A stretch of 64,000 nucleotides of DNA from an uncultured Nitrososphaerota archaeon (GTDB taxonomy: Archaea; Thermoproteota; Nitrososphaeria; Nitrososphaerales; Nitrosopumilaceae), in the NCBI GenBank assembly GCA_963824385.1, contig CAWGPD010000002.1, positions 96,001-160,000 on the forward strand, given 5' to 3'. Below are positions 1 to 10,542 of this stretch, in pieces. Below the pieces are notes generated by a model. The model was not told where the DNA came from. It saw nothing but the letters and a program-made list of their open reading frames with translations, and did no database searches. How positions within the stretch are numbered: the first letter of the stretch is position 1; the number at the start of each line of letters is the position of its first letter. The position numbers and the translations under genes are program-made.

Positions 1-1065
1 TTGGTTCATCAAACGTGAAAGACTTGTCAAGACATCTACTGGAGGGTGAATGTCTCCTCTGTGCAGATCTCGACTCATGACAATCTGTCCTTCTGTAATG
101 TAACCAGTAAGATCTGGAATTGGATGTGTGATATCGTCTGCAGGCATTGTAAGAATTGGAATCTGAGTAACAGAACCGTTTCTTCCCTTGATTTTTCCTG
201 CTCTTTCGTATAATGATGACAAGTCAGTGTACATGTAACCAGGATATCCTCTTCTTCCTGGAACTTCTTCTCTTGCAGCAGAAATTTCTCTTAATGCTTC
301 ACAATAGTTAGTCATATCAGTCATGATTACTAGAACATGCATGTCTCTTTCATAAGCAAGATATTCTGCAGTAGTTAATGCAAGTCTTGGAGTAAGTAGA
401 CGCTCCATTGATGGATCAGATGAGAGATTTAGAAATAGTGCAGTTCTTCCAAGTGCTCCACTTTCTTCAAATTGTTTTACAAAAAAGTTCGCTTCTTCAC
501 TTGTAATTCCCATTGCTGCAAAGACTACAGAAAAGTTCTCTGAACCTCCAAGCACTTTTGCCTGTCTTGCAATCTGTGCTGCAAGTAAGTTATGAGGAAG
601 ACCCGCACCTGAAAATATTGGAAGTTTCTGACCTCTGACTAGAGTATTCATTCCATCAATGTTAGACATTCCAGTCTGGATGAATTCAGATGGTTCTTCT
701 CTTGAATATGGGTTAATACCAGAACCTACCAAGTCAACTTTGGTTTTAGAAACAATTTTTGGACCATTATCTTTTGGATTTCCAAGACCGTCAAATACAC
801 GACCCAACATTTCGTCAGATACTGCCAACTGTGCAGTCTCTCCAAGGAATCTTACTGATGTATCACCTATGTTAAGACCTAGTGTTGCACCAAAGACCTG
901 AACAACTGCAAGACCTTGTCTTGTATCAAGAACTTGACCTTGTCTTCTTTCACCGTTTGGTAGTTTTATCTCTACCATTTCACCATAGGCTGCATTTTCT
1001 ACACCCTCTACAAACATTAGAGGACCTGCAATCTTTGAAATTGTCTTGTATGAAATATCTGTCAT
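1..1065 (-). CDS. atpB: A/V-type ATP synthase subunit B (5' part; runs off the window)
   Basis: Translated by hand from the ATG at 1065: [21 protein letters not shown]...[15 protein letters not shown]...[24 protein letters not shown]...[15 protein letters not shown]. Directly follows atpA. Not in the ORF track. Confidence 0.97.
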   Translation of the reverse strand, partial: MTDISYKTISKIAGPLMFVEGVENAAYGEMVEIKLPNGERRQGQVLDTRQGLAVVQVFGATLGLNIGDTSVRFLGETAQLAVSDEMLGRVFDGLGNPKDNGPKIVSKTKVDLVGSGINPYSREEPSEFIQTGMSNIDGMNTLVRGQKLPIFSGAGLPHNLLAAQIARQAKVLGGSENFSVVFAAMGITSEEANFFVKQFEESGALGRTALFLNLSSDPSMERLLTPRLALTTAEYLAYERDMHVLVIMTDMTNYCEALREISAAREEVPGRRGYPGYMYTDLSSLYERAGKIKGRNGSVTQIPILTMPADDITHPIPDLTGYITEGQIVMSRDLHRGDIHPPVDVLTSLSRLMNQ

Positions 1066-2829
1066 TTATCGTAATGCCTCCGTTGATAATGTTGAAAATT
1101 CTTGTTGCATTTTGCTCATTGTATCTTTTACTAGTTGTTCAACCTGATCTTCCTTTGTCCATTTAATTTTTGAAATCATTTTTCTTGATTCTAATTGGCC
1201 AATCTTTACAGATGTAATTCCTTTCTTGATTGCATCTGTTTCCATCTTACCAAATTCTAAGATTGTGGATAGCATTAGGAATTGTTTTCTTATTGATGTG
1301 TATGTATCTACATCATCATATGCACTCTGCTGTAGATAGTCTTCTCTAATTGATCTTGCAGTATCCAGTACACCTTTTTCTGGTTCTGGAAGTGCATCAT
1401 AGCCTACAAGCTGGACAATTTCTTGCAACTCAGATTCTTTTTGTAAAATTTCAAGTGCTTCTTTTCTTGATGCAATCCATGTTGCTGATACATTTTTCTT
1501 GTACCAATCTCCCATGCCGTCTGCATAAAGTGAATAGCTGGTTAACCAATTAATTGATGGGAAGTGTCTTCTTGATGCCAAGCTTGCGTCAAGTGCCCAG
1601 AAAACTCTTGTTACTCTAAGTGTGTTTTGGGATACTGGTTCTGAAAAGTCACCACCTGGTGGAGATACTGCACCTACAAGTGTAAGAGAACCAACACGTT
1701 CTTCAGGTGAAATTACAACTGCCTTTCCACCTCTTTCATAAAATTCTGCCAGTCTTCTACCAAGATAGGCTGGATATCCTTCTTCACCTGGCATTTCTTC
1801 TAGTCTACCAGAAATTTCTCTGAGTGCTTCTGCCCATCTTGAAGTACTATCTGCCATTAATGCAACACCATATCCCATATCACGATAATATTCTCCCATT
1901 GTAATACCAGTGTAGATACTTGCTTCACGTGCAGTGACTGGCATGTTAGAAGTATTAGCAACAAGAATTGTACGCTCCATCAAAGGTCTCTTTGATTTTG
2001 GGTCTTCAAGTTTTGGGAATGTTGTAAGAACCTCAGTCATTTCGTTTCCTCTTTCTCCACAACCTACATAGACAATGACATTGCTATCTGCCCATTTTGC
2101 AAGCTGTTGTTGAGTTACTGTCTTCCCACTACCAAATGGACCTGGAATTGCAGCTGTTCCGCCCTTTGCAACTGGGAAGAAAGTATCAAGTACTCTTTGT
2201 CCAGTAAGCAATGGTTCCTCCGGAGGTAACTTGCGAAGAACTGGTCTTGGAGTTCTTACAGTCCACCAGCTTGATAGACCAATCTCTGTCTTGGTTCCAT
2301 TTTGTATGGTTGCTACAATATCATTAACAGTATACTTGCCTTCAGAAATATCAGTCAGTGTTCCTTTAACGTTGTAAGGAACCATTATCTTGTGCATGAT
2401 AAGTGGAGTTTCTTGAACTTCACCAATTATCTCTCCAGGAGAAACATGATCTCCTTTTTTCTTTAATGGAACAAAGTCCCATTTTATTTTCTGGTCTAGT
2501 GCAGGAATGACTTTTCCTCTACTGATAAAGTCACCACTTTGTTCTCTTAGAATATCCAGTGGTCTTTGGATTCCGTCATAAATTGATTTTAATAAACCGG
2601 GTCCAAGCTGCATTGAGAGTGGTCTTTTTGTGTTGATTACCTTCTCACCTGGACGAAGACCAGTTGTATCTTCATAAACCTGAACTGTTGCCTTGCTTCC
2701 TTCGATTCTAATTATTTCTCCTACTAGTCCCATATCACCAATACGAACAACATCAAACATTTGTGCGCCTTCAAGGCCACTTGCGATTACTACAGGACCT
2801 GAGATTCTTGTGATTATTCCTTCAACCAT
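1066..2829 (-). CDS. atpA: A/V-type ATP synthase catalytic subunit A
   Basis: Walker A GPFGSGKT, GCGERGNEM and PSINWLTSYS motifs; 587 aa, no intein. Confidence 0.98.
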   Translation of the reverse strand: MVEGIITRISGPVVIASGLEGAQMFDVVRIGDMGLVGEIIRIEGSKATVQVYEDTTGLRPGEKVINTKRPLSMQLGPGLLKSIYDGIQRPLDILREQSGDFISRGKVIPALDQKIKWDFVPLKKKGDHVSPGEIIGEVQETPLIMHKIMVPYNVKGTLTDISEGKYTVNDIVATIQNGTKTEIGLSSWWTVRTPRPVLRKLPPEEPLLTGQRVLDTFFPVAKGGTAAIPGPFGSGKTVTQQQLAKWADSNVIVYVGCGERGNEMTEVLTTFPKLEDPKSKRPLMERTILVANTSNMPVTAREASIYTGITMGEYYRDMGYGVALMADSTSRWAEALREISGRLEEMPGEEGYPAYLGRRLAEFYERGGKAVVISPEERVGSLTLVGAVSPPGGDFSEPVSQNTLRVTRVFWALDASLASRRHFPSINWLTSYSLYADGMGDWYKKNVSATWIASRKEALEILQKESELQEIVQLVGYDALPEPEKGVLDTARSIREDYLQQSAYDDVDTYTSIRKQFLMLSTILEFGKMETDAIKKGITSVKIGQLESRKMISKIKWTKEDQVEQLVKDTMSKMQQEFSTLSTEALR

Positions 2830-2838
2830 TTATCATCA

Positions 2839-3180
2839 TCAACTCGAGGGTATACTTATTCCTAACACTCTCTTTGCAAGTACAGCAATAGATTCTTCTT
2901 GAATATTACCTTGTAAAGCGGGCATAAATATTACCAAAGGTTCGATTGAAGCCTCGATCTTTTTCCTAAAGATCGCAGGGAGACTACTTCGAACAGTATC
3001 ACTTACAATAATTAGACTATAGTTACAGGATGCAAAGAGATCTTGAATTATTTTGCTTGCCTCTTCACCACTTGTAATGAAGGTGTCTTCTATTCCTAGA
3101 AGATTATATCCAATAGCAAGTTCTCGCTCTCCTACTACAGCTATTTTTCCAGTGGATTCGGATTGTTGTTGTTTTGACAT
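2839..3180 (-). CDS. atpF: A/V-type ATP synthase subunit F
   Basis: KIAVVGERELAIGYNLLGI N-terminal motif; size and position upstream of atpA. Confidence 0.9.
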   Translation of the reverse strand: MSKQQQSESTGKIAVVGERELAIGYNLLGIEDTFITSGEEASKIIQDLFASCNYSLIIVSDTVRSSLPAIFRKKIEASIEPLVIFMPALQGNIQEESIAVLAKRVLGISIPSS

Positions 3181-3184
3181 TTTC

Positions 3185-4252
3185 TCACTCTATTAATAAT
3201 AATGAATTAATGTATTCTGCAGACAGGTTATAGCGTTTACCATAAGCGATCCTTTTGATATTTTCACGCTCGTGTTCTGTATTGATGATAAAGTAGAATA
3301 TGGTACCAATCGAAAGTGCAATATTTTTCAATTTTTTGACATATTCAGAATTTATGAATTTATCTAATGCAACTTCAAAGTCAATCAGACTCTTTGATTG
3401 TTTGTATTGTGCTAACGCATTGACAAGCATGAATCTATTTTCAATTCTGCCAACAATTTCTGCCACATCTTTTGCTCCATAGACATCTAACAATTCATTT
3501 TTGGTTAGTTTTCCACCTTCGACTAGATGTTTGCTTACTATATCCTTATCAAGTTCAGATTCTTTAGCTTTAAGAATACTGAGGACATTCTTTTTGTCAA
3601 TTTCTGTTCTAATCAGATCACGAATTATTCCCTCATCACCTTGGAAAAATTTGAGTGACTCTAGCAAATTGCGATAATAGAAAGACTGGAGTGCAGACAT
3701 CATAGGTCCAAGATCGCCTGTCTTTTGATATGCTTCTAGATGTTGCATCAAAACTGTTCCATAATTGTATTTTACAAGCTGATGTACAACACCATCAACT
3801 CCAGTTTGAGATAAAATTATCTTCATCTCATCATGTGAGATATTTCCAGCTGATATTCCTGCAGGAACATTTCTGCTTGAGACAAGAAATGATTCTGTTT
3901 CTGAGATTGGTCTTCCCATACTCTTTGCAGAAAGTATAAGCTCAATATTATAAATATCCCATTTTGAAAGATATGCCCTAACTGCAGACTTGCCACTAAA
4001 TGGAGTAGCCTCTAATGCAGTCTTGTTGATATAGACAAGATGTCTGTTAAGTGCAACTTCTAACAATTCGGATTGTTTGAAAATTGTTGCAGCCTTTTCA
4101 ATTTCTGTTTTATACCAAGTAGACTCGAGGGTCTTTACCATCTCAGTCTCGTCTTTTGCCTTCATTAGGTTTTGTATTGCTTCCTTTGAAAGAAGATTAA
4201 GTGAAATTGCCTGTAGTCTACCAAAGGATGATGCATATTGTGATGTTGGCAT
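3185..4252 (-). CDS. atpC: A/V-type ATP synthase subunit C (Vo d-like)
   Basis: Starts MPTSQYASSFGRL at the ATG at 4252, in a TAATG overlap with atpE. Contains YLSKWDIYNI and ENIKRIAYGK, typical of subunit C. The 523-aa ORF-track call is an artefactual E+C fusion. Confidence 0.88.
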   Translation of the reverse strand: MPTSQYASSFGRLQAISLNLLSKEAIQNLMKAKDETEMVKTLESTWYKTEIEKAATIFKQSELLEVALNRHLVYINKTALEATPFSGKSAVRAYLSKWDIYNIELILSAKSMGRPISETESFLVSSRNVPAGISAGNISHDEMKIILSQTGVDGVVHQLVKYNYGTVLMQHLEAYQKTGDLGPMMSALQSFYYRNLLESLKFFQGDEGIIRDLIRTEIDKKNVLSILKAKESELDKDIVSKHLVEGGKLTKNELLDVYGAKDVAEIVGRIENRFMLVNALAQYKQSKSLIDFEVALDKFINSEYVKKLKNIALSIGTIFYFIINTEHERENIKRIAYGKRYNLSAEYINSLLLIE

Positions 4253-4808
4253 TACATCTTCTCCGAGAGGAAGCTTCTTGACTTGGTCTTCATTGGTTCT
4301 AAGTAGTTCTTCAAAAGTAAGGTCCAATTCTCTTGTTCCTTCTTTGTTTTCTGCAATGATTCCACCAAGTGTCTTGATTGACTTGCTTGTGGTTACTCCA
4401 AGTTCTTTGAGAATTGATTTGTCTTCTTCTCGGCAATGAACGATAATATTTTGACCAAGTTTCTTTTTTGAATTGCTAACCATAGTTTCAAGAGCTTTCT
4501 TGTATTGTGGACTCTTTGTGTAATTTTCAATCTCTTGTTGTATTACAGCAAAAGCAGATTGCATGTTGGCATTTATAGCATCAAACATTATTTTCTTTGC
4601 TTGGAGCTTTGAGGCTTCTATTATTCTTGCTTGTTCTCTTTCTGATTTTACTTTAGCCTCAGTTGAAAAACGTTCTTGAATCTCTTTGATAGTGTGGTTC
4701 ATCTCTGATTGGAGCTTTGATTTTTTTTCAGCTGAGATCTTTTTCAAGACCATCAAGCTCTTTTCGCTTTCTACTCTCTATCTCTTGAATGAACGTTTCA
4801 ATGCTCAT
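4252..4808 (-). CDS. atpE: A/V-type ATP synthase subunit E (two apparent +1 frameshifts, ~4735 and ~4275)
   Basis: ATG at 4808 gives MSIETFIQEIESRKRKELDGLEKD. The helical body and LGGIIA...DLTFEELL C-terminus are in another frame. Removing one base gives QVKSFLSEKM* ending on the atpC start. Confidence 0.85.
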
Positions 4809-4820
4809 TACTGAAAACCA

Positions 4821-5171
4821 CTATAGTATGCCAAGTAACAATATGATTCCTAATACGAAACCAATGATCCAAAGAGTTTCTGGAATGACAAAGAAGAATA
4901 ATACCTGACCAAACTTCTCTGGTTTCTCAGCAATAATACCCATACCGGCAGCACCAATACCTTGTTGTGCATTACCAGTACCAATAAGACCACCTGCGAT
5001 TGCAATTGCGGCTGCAATTGCCAAAAGTGGTTTTGTTAATCCGCTACTAGTAGTAGAAGTGTCGGCTGCAAATGCTGGAGTTGTTGACACAAATGTTGAT
5101 AGTGCAATTGTCAATCCCGCAGCTATAACTAAAAGCGATAATTTTGAACGCTTGTTAAGCACCATCACCAA
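4821..5171 (-). CDS. atpK: A/V-type ATP synthase proteolipid subunit c/K with N-terminal signal-like extension
   Basis: Hydrophobic hairpin with GNAQQGIGAAGMG and the ion-binding Glu in IPETLW; first gene of the operon. Confidence 0.93.
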   Translation of the reverse strand: MVMVLNKRSKLSLLVIAAGLTIALSTFVSTTPAFAADTSTTSSGLTKPLLAIAAAIAIAGGLIGTGNAQQGIGAAGMGIIAEKPEKFGQVLFFFVIPETLWIIGFVLGIILLLGIL

Positions 5172-5276
5172 GGCTCATTGAAAGAGGCTATATTAATCTA
5201 ATTCTTGCAAAGTAAATTTTATGTTTTAAAAATTTACAAGTATGCGATCATCGTACATTATTTTATAATAATTAGA

Positions 5277-6062
5277 TCAAGTTTTTGGAAGCTCTATTGG
5301 CAAGTCAAGTCTGTTTCCCCACTCGCCCCAAGAACCAAGATAGACCTTGACATTTTTAAAACCAAGTATTTTTAGTGCTACAAAAGAATTTGCTGCGCGA
5401 TATCCTCCTTGACAATATGTTATAATTTCATCATCTTTTGAAAAATCATACATCTTGGAAAGATCTTCATTTGGTTTCATTGTACCGTCATTATTGATAT
5501 TTAGCATCCAATCAATATTGATAGCAGTTGGGATGTGTCCCTTTCTTGCAGCTCGGATTGTGACTCCGTCGTATTCATCTTTGCTTCTTGCATCAAGAAG
5601 TTTGATTTTGCCAATCTTTTTGTTGACGTATTCATAACCTGCAATTAGATCTTTGTTAATCTTGCCTGAAAATTTTTCTGGTTTGAATCCATTTGTCTTA
5701 GTTTCTGTAACAAGGCTTAGACTCTTCCATTTCTTAAAGCCTCCATCTAACATGAATACATTAGGATGTGAAAAGTACATCAGAGTCCAGACACCCCTTG
5801 CTGCACTCATTCCAGAAACTTCATCATAGAATACAACTGTCTTATTATTTGTCACACCCAAAAAAGAGAGAAGATGCTCCATCTGTTTTTCAAATGATTT
5901 TATTCCATCTTTTGAGGTATCAGACCAATGATAATAGAAAAAATCAAGATTTACTGCACCTGGAATGTGTCCTTCTGAATAATCCTTGTATGATCTTGAA
6001 TCAACAAGAATTAGATCTGGTTTTTCAATCTTCTTTAACAATTCAACAGGTGAGATTATCAT
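5277..6062 (-). CDS. Tandem-domain rhodanese / thiosulfate sulfurtransferase
   Basis: GHIPGAV, YCQGGYRAA active-site loop, YLGSWGEW. Confidence 0.93.
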   Translation of the reverse strand: MIISPVELLKKIEKPDLILVDSRSYKDYSEGHIPGAVNLDFFYYHWSDTSKDGIKSFEKQMEHLLSFLGVTNNKTVVFYDEVSGMSAARGVWTLMYFSHPNVFMLDGGFKKWKSLSLVTETKTNGFKPEKFSGKINKDLIAGYEYVNKKIGKIKLLDARSKDEYDGVTIRAARKGHIPTAINIDWMLNINNDGTMKPNEDLSKMYDFSKDDEIITYCQGGYRAANSFVALKILGFKNVKVYLGSWGEWGNRLDLPIELPKT

Positions 6063-6330
6063 ATTTCACATCTAAGATAAGGTAATCTAAATCCCTTTCA
6101 CATTTGCCAAGTAAATTAGGTTAAGAAAATGAAAAACATATGGAATTTTTTCATAAATACATATAGATCATATTTGAAGAAAGAGAAAATTATTATAATT
6201 TTCACATGTCGCAAATTCTTATATCTTGGTAAAATAGGATAATATCACAAAATGGAAATTCTAGATTATCAAACCAAGAAAAATTTTGAGATTGTAATAC
6301 AAGAGTCATTTTAAAAAATAGTGATCAACA

Positions 6331-7011
6331 ATGACAAAGATAAAAAAACAAAGTCCAAGTCTATCAGTCTTTCAGACTTTTAAGACAAAGAACAAGGAGT
6401 TTACAGGTGAAGCGATGCGACAGCGAGGAATAATCATTCATCTTGCGGCTGAGACTTTACCAACAAGAAAGACACGTACTGCAATTGCACACAAGCTTGC
6501 TGAAATAAACGGAACAACATGGCAAAATATCTACTCTGGAATTTTTAGAGATTTGGACGAAATTCTTCTTCCTTTGGAATTAGTAGAAGAAGCTGGGAGA
6601 CTACCAATAAAGCGCGGCCCAAAAGCGCTCCAAGAACAGGGAGTTCCATATTACCAACTAACTGACAGCGGTTTGCTTGTTGCAGCTTCTGTATCAGAGA
6701 CAGACAAGGAAAGAACTCAAATTATGAATAAATTTCTTGAAAAAGATTCTAACATTAGGGAGAAGGATCTGAAGAATGCAATTATTACATTACTTGACAT
6801 TGCGCCAAATTTTATTTTGTTAGTATTAAGAAGATATGTAGAGTCATACAGTGATGGAAAGATCGATAAACTTGTTCCATTCAACACGGACCACATCAAA
6901 AAGGCCTTTGATGATACATTAAATGCTCAAAGAGAGCTCTTGGAAGGATTTGTGTCGTTATCCAATCATGATAAAGAGCCAATCATAAATTTCCTCAAGA
7001 AAGTAGGCTAG
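6331..7011 (+). CDS. Conserved thaumarchaeal protein, probable winged-helix regulator
   Basis: 226-aa ORF with an HTH/wing-like stretch (TAIAHKLA...LVEEAG...YYQLTDSGL). Confidence 0.6.
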   Translation: MTKIKKQSPSLSVFQTFKTKNKEFTGEAMRQRGIIIHLAAETLPTRKTRTAIAHKLAEINGTTWQNIYSGIFRDLDEILLPLELVEEAGRLPIKRGPKALQEQGVPYYQLTDSGLLVAASVSETDKERTQIMNKFLEKDSNIREKDLKNAIITLLDIAPNFILLVLRRYVESYSDGKIDKLVPFNTDHIKKAFDDTLNAQRELLEGFVSLSNHDKEPIINFLKKVG

Positions 7012-7102
7012 TCTCTCAATAATAATTAAAATCCCTTTCCAAAAGAGCTTGATAATGTTGATAATGTCATCTAAAGCCGCTTGTGGCAACTCAAGTCGTT
7101 AG

Positions 7103-7675
7103 ATGACCAGTATGACAGATGAACTAATTGACTATGTGGTACACTTGATAGATTCTAAGAAAGGAGATATTGGAAGACTCAACTATATGCTAGAGACATT
7201 ACAAGATGGTAAATCACTTTATAATTCTGATAAAAAATATCTTGATTCACTGATTGCAACATACATGGGCTCCTCGAAGAAAAATGGAGAGCAAAAATCT
7301 GTTGAAGAACTCAAAGTAGAGATTGTAAGAGTAAAAAAGAGACTAGAAAAATTTGAGAAACGTGGATACAAGAAACCTGTTGGAAGAAAAGCTGGATTTT
7401 TCTTTGTTACGTGTTTTTTTGGATGGCATGCCATCATTACACTACTTGGCAGAGTATCTCTGATCAACATACAGAATATCAATCCATATCTCCTACCACT
7501 GTATTATTTAGAAAAGGTAATTCCAGGACAATATCTGAACTACGTCTATCAACTCAATCTAACCATACCAAAGATTGTAGAACTTGCATGGATAGCAATG
7601 ATGTTTACTTGGATAATACTTGGTTTTGTCTATTTAGGAAAGTTCATTCGTTCAAGATACAATCCTAATCGTTAG
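7103..7675 (+). CDS. Hypothetical membrane protein
   Basis: Helical N-domain (GDIGRL...LYNSDKKYL), coiled coil, two hydrophobic segments. Confidence 0.65.
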   Translation: MTSMTDELIDYVVHLIDSKKGDIGRLNYMLETLQDGKSLYNSDKKYLDSLIATYMGSSKKNGEQKSVEELKVEIVRVKKRLEKFEKRGYKKPVGRKAGFFFVTCFFGWHAIITLLGRVSLINIQNINPYLLPLYYLEKVIPGQYLNYVYQLNLTIPKIVELAWIAMMFTWIILGFVYLGKFIRSRYNPNR

Positions 7676-7685
7676 GAATTAATTT

Positions 7686-8237
7686 TTATTTAAAATCAAA
7701 ATCTTTGGAGTAGCTGTCTCCAGCAAGGGGTGTATGTGTTGAATAATATGTAGTTCCGTTAATTCTAATCTGTGCCTTACCGCTTTGAAGTGCTGACCAA
7801 ATCTGCGGATTATTTCCATCATTGATTAGTTGTGCCTGATTTGTAATTATCTCAGAGTTGTGCTCTGTAAGAGGCAAGTATGTTGAGTTATCTGATGCTC
7901 CTTCATATTTTTCTCCATACTGTCCGTGTCCAATCGAAACACCGTTTACATAAATATCATAGCTTAACATTTCAATAATCAAAGTATCGTCATTTGGATT
8001 TGTCAGATTAAATTTAGTCTCTATTGTTGCAGCCCTGTTTGTTACTGACAATACAGATGAGCCATTGTATTGCATATCAAGTGGTTTTACTTGGGTTAAT
8101 ACCGATGTTAATGCAGATGGGGTATTTCCATTATTAGACATCATATTCTTAAGACCTGAGCCTGAAAGAACAACAACTAAACCAAGTATAGCAACTAAAA
8201 CTCCTATAGCAACATAAACTAAAATTTTCTTCTCCAT
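7686..8237 (-). CDS. Membrane-anchored LEA_2/WHy-domain-like protein
   Basis: N-terminal TM; FNLTNPN...LSYDIYVNGVSIGHG pattern. Confidence 0.7.
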   Translation of the reverse strand: MEKKILVYVAIGVLVAILGLVVVLSGSGLKNMMSNNGNTPSALTSVLTQVKPLDMQYNGSSVLSVTNRAATIETKFNLTNPNDDTLIIEMLSYDIYVNGVSIGHGQYGEKYEGASDNSTYLPLTEHNSEIITNQAQLINDGNNPQIWSALQSGKAQIRINGTTYYSTHTPLAGDSYSKDFDFK

Positions 8238-8312
8238 GAATATTTTACTATTTGTTCAATTCTTAAATGTTGAGTTGAAAACGCTTATAGTAAAAGTTTC
8301 AAAAGAAAATCT

Positions 8313-8630
8313 ATGCAATATCATCAAGCAATAAGAATAGGTCAGGAAAGATCAAGAAAATCACAGATGACTCTATTCTCACATGCAGGATTTGCCATGC
8401 TTACACTTACTGTAAAAAAATCTCAAGGAATATTTGTTCCTGTGGGAGAAAAAGAACTTGTGGCCATTATTGAAAAACCACAAGAAGGCTGGCTTGTGGT
8501 AATAGTTGATGAAGAAGGATATGCCAAGTCACAATCTAAAGTTCTTAAAGAGGATGAAGCAAAAGAAATTTTGAAAAAAGCTACTTCTGCAGGAATTCCA
8601 CAATATGATGGACAGATTAGACTAGTGTAA
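8313..8630 (+). CDS. Conserved hypothetical protein
   Basis: 105-aa ORF filling the gap, AT-rich promoter-like region upstream. Confidence 0.65.
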   Translation: MQYHQAIRIGQERSRKSQMTLFSHAGFAMLTLTVKKSQGIFVPVGEKELVAIIEKPQEGWLVVIVDEEGYAKSQSKVLKEDEAKEILKKATSAGIPQYDGQIRLV

Positions 8631-9294
8631 TTTCAGTGCCCTCTGGGCTTCCTTTGAATGCCTTTTCTAATGTTTTTATGTCTGCTTTGAGTATCCGTGT
8701 CTTTAGCTTTGAACGCTCAATCACTTTTAGTGCTACAATATCCATTAGGTCATATCCTCCTGCAATAGAATCCTGATGAACAAGCATAGAACGTAGTTTC
8801 TTTATCGGTATTTTTTTAAATTTAGTTGCATTCTTGTTTTTATTTGGATCAGAATCATATACACCATCAACATCTGTTGCATTCAAAAATATGCCTGCTC
8901 TTACCTTTTCTGCAATAAGTGCAGCAGTAGCATTTGTGCTCTGTCCAGGATGAAGACCTCCTGTGACAACAATCAATCCTGTATCCGCAGCATCTGCAAC
9001 TTCTTTTAGATTAATTGGAGGATGAGGATAAGCTTTTTCTTGTAATGCATAGATCAAAAGTTTTGCGTTAAGTCTTGAAACCTCGATTCCAAGCTCATCA
9101 AGTGTTGATTCATCTGCTCCAGAGGATCTGGCGTGTGAGATGTAGTGTCTTGCAATTTTTCCTCCTCCTGCAATTATGATTGGCTGACAGATTTTACTTA
9201 TCCTGACAAAAAACTCAGCATATTGCTTTAATGTTTTTGTGTCCTCAAGACCAAACAAACTTCCAGATAATTTTATTACAATTCTTTTTTTCAT
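8617..9294 (-). CDS. pyrH: Uridylate kinase
   Basis: [35 protein letters not shown]. Confidence 0.95.
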   Translation of the reverse strand: MKKRIVIKLSGSLFGLEDTKTLKQYAEFFVRISKICQPIIIAGGGKIARHYISHARSSGADESTLDELGIEVSRLNAKLLIYALQEKAYPHPPINLKEVADAADTGLIVVTGGLHPGQSTNATAALIAEKVRAGIFLNATDVDGVYDSDPNKNKNATKFKKIPIKKLRSMLVHQDSIAGGYDLMDIVALKVIERSKLKTRILKADIKTLEKAFKGSPEGTEITLV

Positions 9295-10538
9295 TGCCTG
9301 TTTTCACCAAGAATGATGTGTGCTGCAATTTCAACCTTTTTTCTAAATTGTTGTCTTGTATAGACTCTAAGTGTATCCATAAAGCCAGAAATTGCAGAAA
9401 CCAGTGGAATCTCAGATATTGGAAGTTCATATGATTCCTTTGGACCTTCTCCTTTCTTTGTAGTAAGAATAATTGAATGTGATTCTTTTTTTGATGGAGA
9501 GAGTGGAATAGAGGGAGTCTTGGATATATCAATAAAGACTTCACATTCATCCACCTTTGATTTTTTGGCAATCTCTTTTTGAAGTTCTGGTACGTTTACT
9601 TTGCCCATTCGTGGACGTGTAAATATTTTTTCATAAACACATTTGAGCAATTTTCGTTCTTGATATTCTATAGCAAGCTGTCTTGCTCTTCGAAGATCTG
9701 CATTTCGTGGTGTAAGTGAGATAAGCTTTGAAATTACAAATTCATCGGTAAGTTGTACATATTTTTCTAGATCATCAGTTGTGAGATCAAGTTCATTGTC
9801 TGCAAGAAGCATTGACTCAAGCAACATTACTTCTGCAGATCTTACTGTCTTGTGAAAATAGACTGCCTTGAACATTTGATATCTTGAGATCATCATTGAT
9901 TCAAAAGAGTGAAGGGCTGATCTGTCAAGTGAAAGTTTTTTGTTATGAACATCAAGTGAATGGATTATTCTCATAAAATCTACTTTAGCATGTTCTGAAC
10001 CTGTAAAATATCCATCACGGAGTAAATAATCCATCATATCAGCACTCAATCCCCCAGAGATAATTTCATTCATAAATTGATTTTTGGAATTTCCAAATGC
10101 AAGTTTACCAAGAAATCTTTTGTCAAATCCTGATTTTGTTATAATGTCACCAATTTCAGATTCTAGTATGAGTCTTTGTCCCATATCTTCATGAGAAATT
10201 TTCTTCTTTTTTTGTAGAACTTCTTCGAAGAGATGTGAAAATGGACCATGACCTATATCATGCAACAAGGCAGCCATTCGAATATTTTCAGAATCTTTAG
10301 CATCAAGATATCCTTTCTCTTTGAGAACATTAGCTGTCTGACTTGCAATGTGCATAGTTCCAAGTGAGTGTTCAAATCTAGAGTGCTGTGCACCTGGATA
10401 TACAAGATGAGCTCCTGCAAGTTGTCTGATTCTTCGTAGTCTTTGAAATACTGGAGAGTCTATCAGTTCAAGTTCATGTGGATATACAGTGATAAAATCA
10501 TGAATGGGGTCTACAATCTGGAGATATTTTCTAGCCAT
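9291..10538 (-). CDS. HD-domain phosphohydrolase (SAMHD1/dNTPase-like)
   Basis: [44 protein letters not shown]. Confidence 0.9.
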   Translation of the reverse strand: MARKYLQIVDPIHDFITVYPHELELIDSPVFQRLRRIRQLAGAHLVYPGAQHSRFEHSLGTMHIASQTANVLKEKGYLDAKDSENIRMAALLHDIGHGPFSHLFEEVLQKKKKISHEDMGQRLILESEIGDIITKSGFDKRFLGKLAFGNSKNQFMNEIISGGLSADMMDYLLRDGYFTGSEHAKVDFMRIIHSLDVHNKKLSLDRSALHSFESMMISRYQMFKAVYFHKTVRSAEVMLLESMLLADNELDLTTDDLEKYVQLTDEFVISKLISLTPRNADLRRARQLAIEYQERKLLKCVYEKIFTRPRMGKVNVPELQKEIAKKSKVDECEVFIDISKTPSIPLSPSKKESHSIILTTKKGEGPKESYELPISEIPLVSAISGFMDTLRVYTRQQFRKKVEIAAHIILGENRQ

Positions 10539-10542
10539 GTTC

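Noticed and set aside
3185..4756. Apparent novel atpE-atpC fusion (523 aa)
   Set aside because: Removing one base next to AGCT at ~4275 restores an atpE stop in a TAATG overlap with the atpC start, so the fusion is an error artefact.
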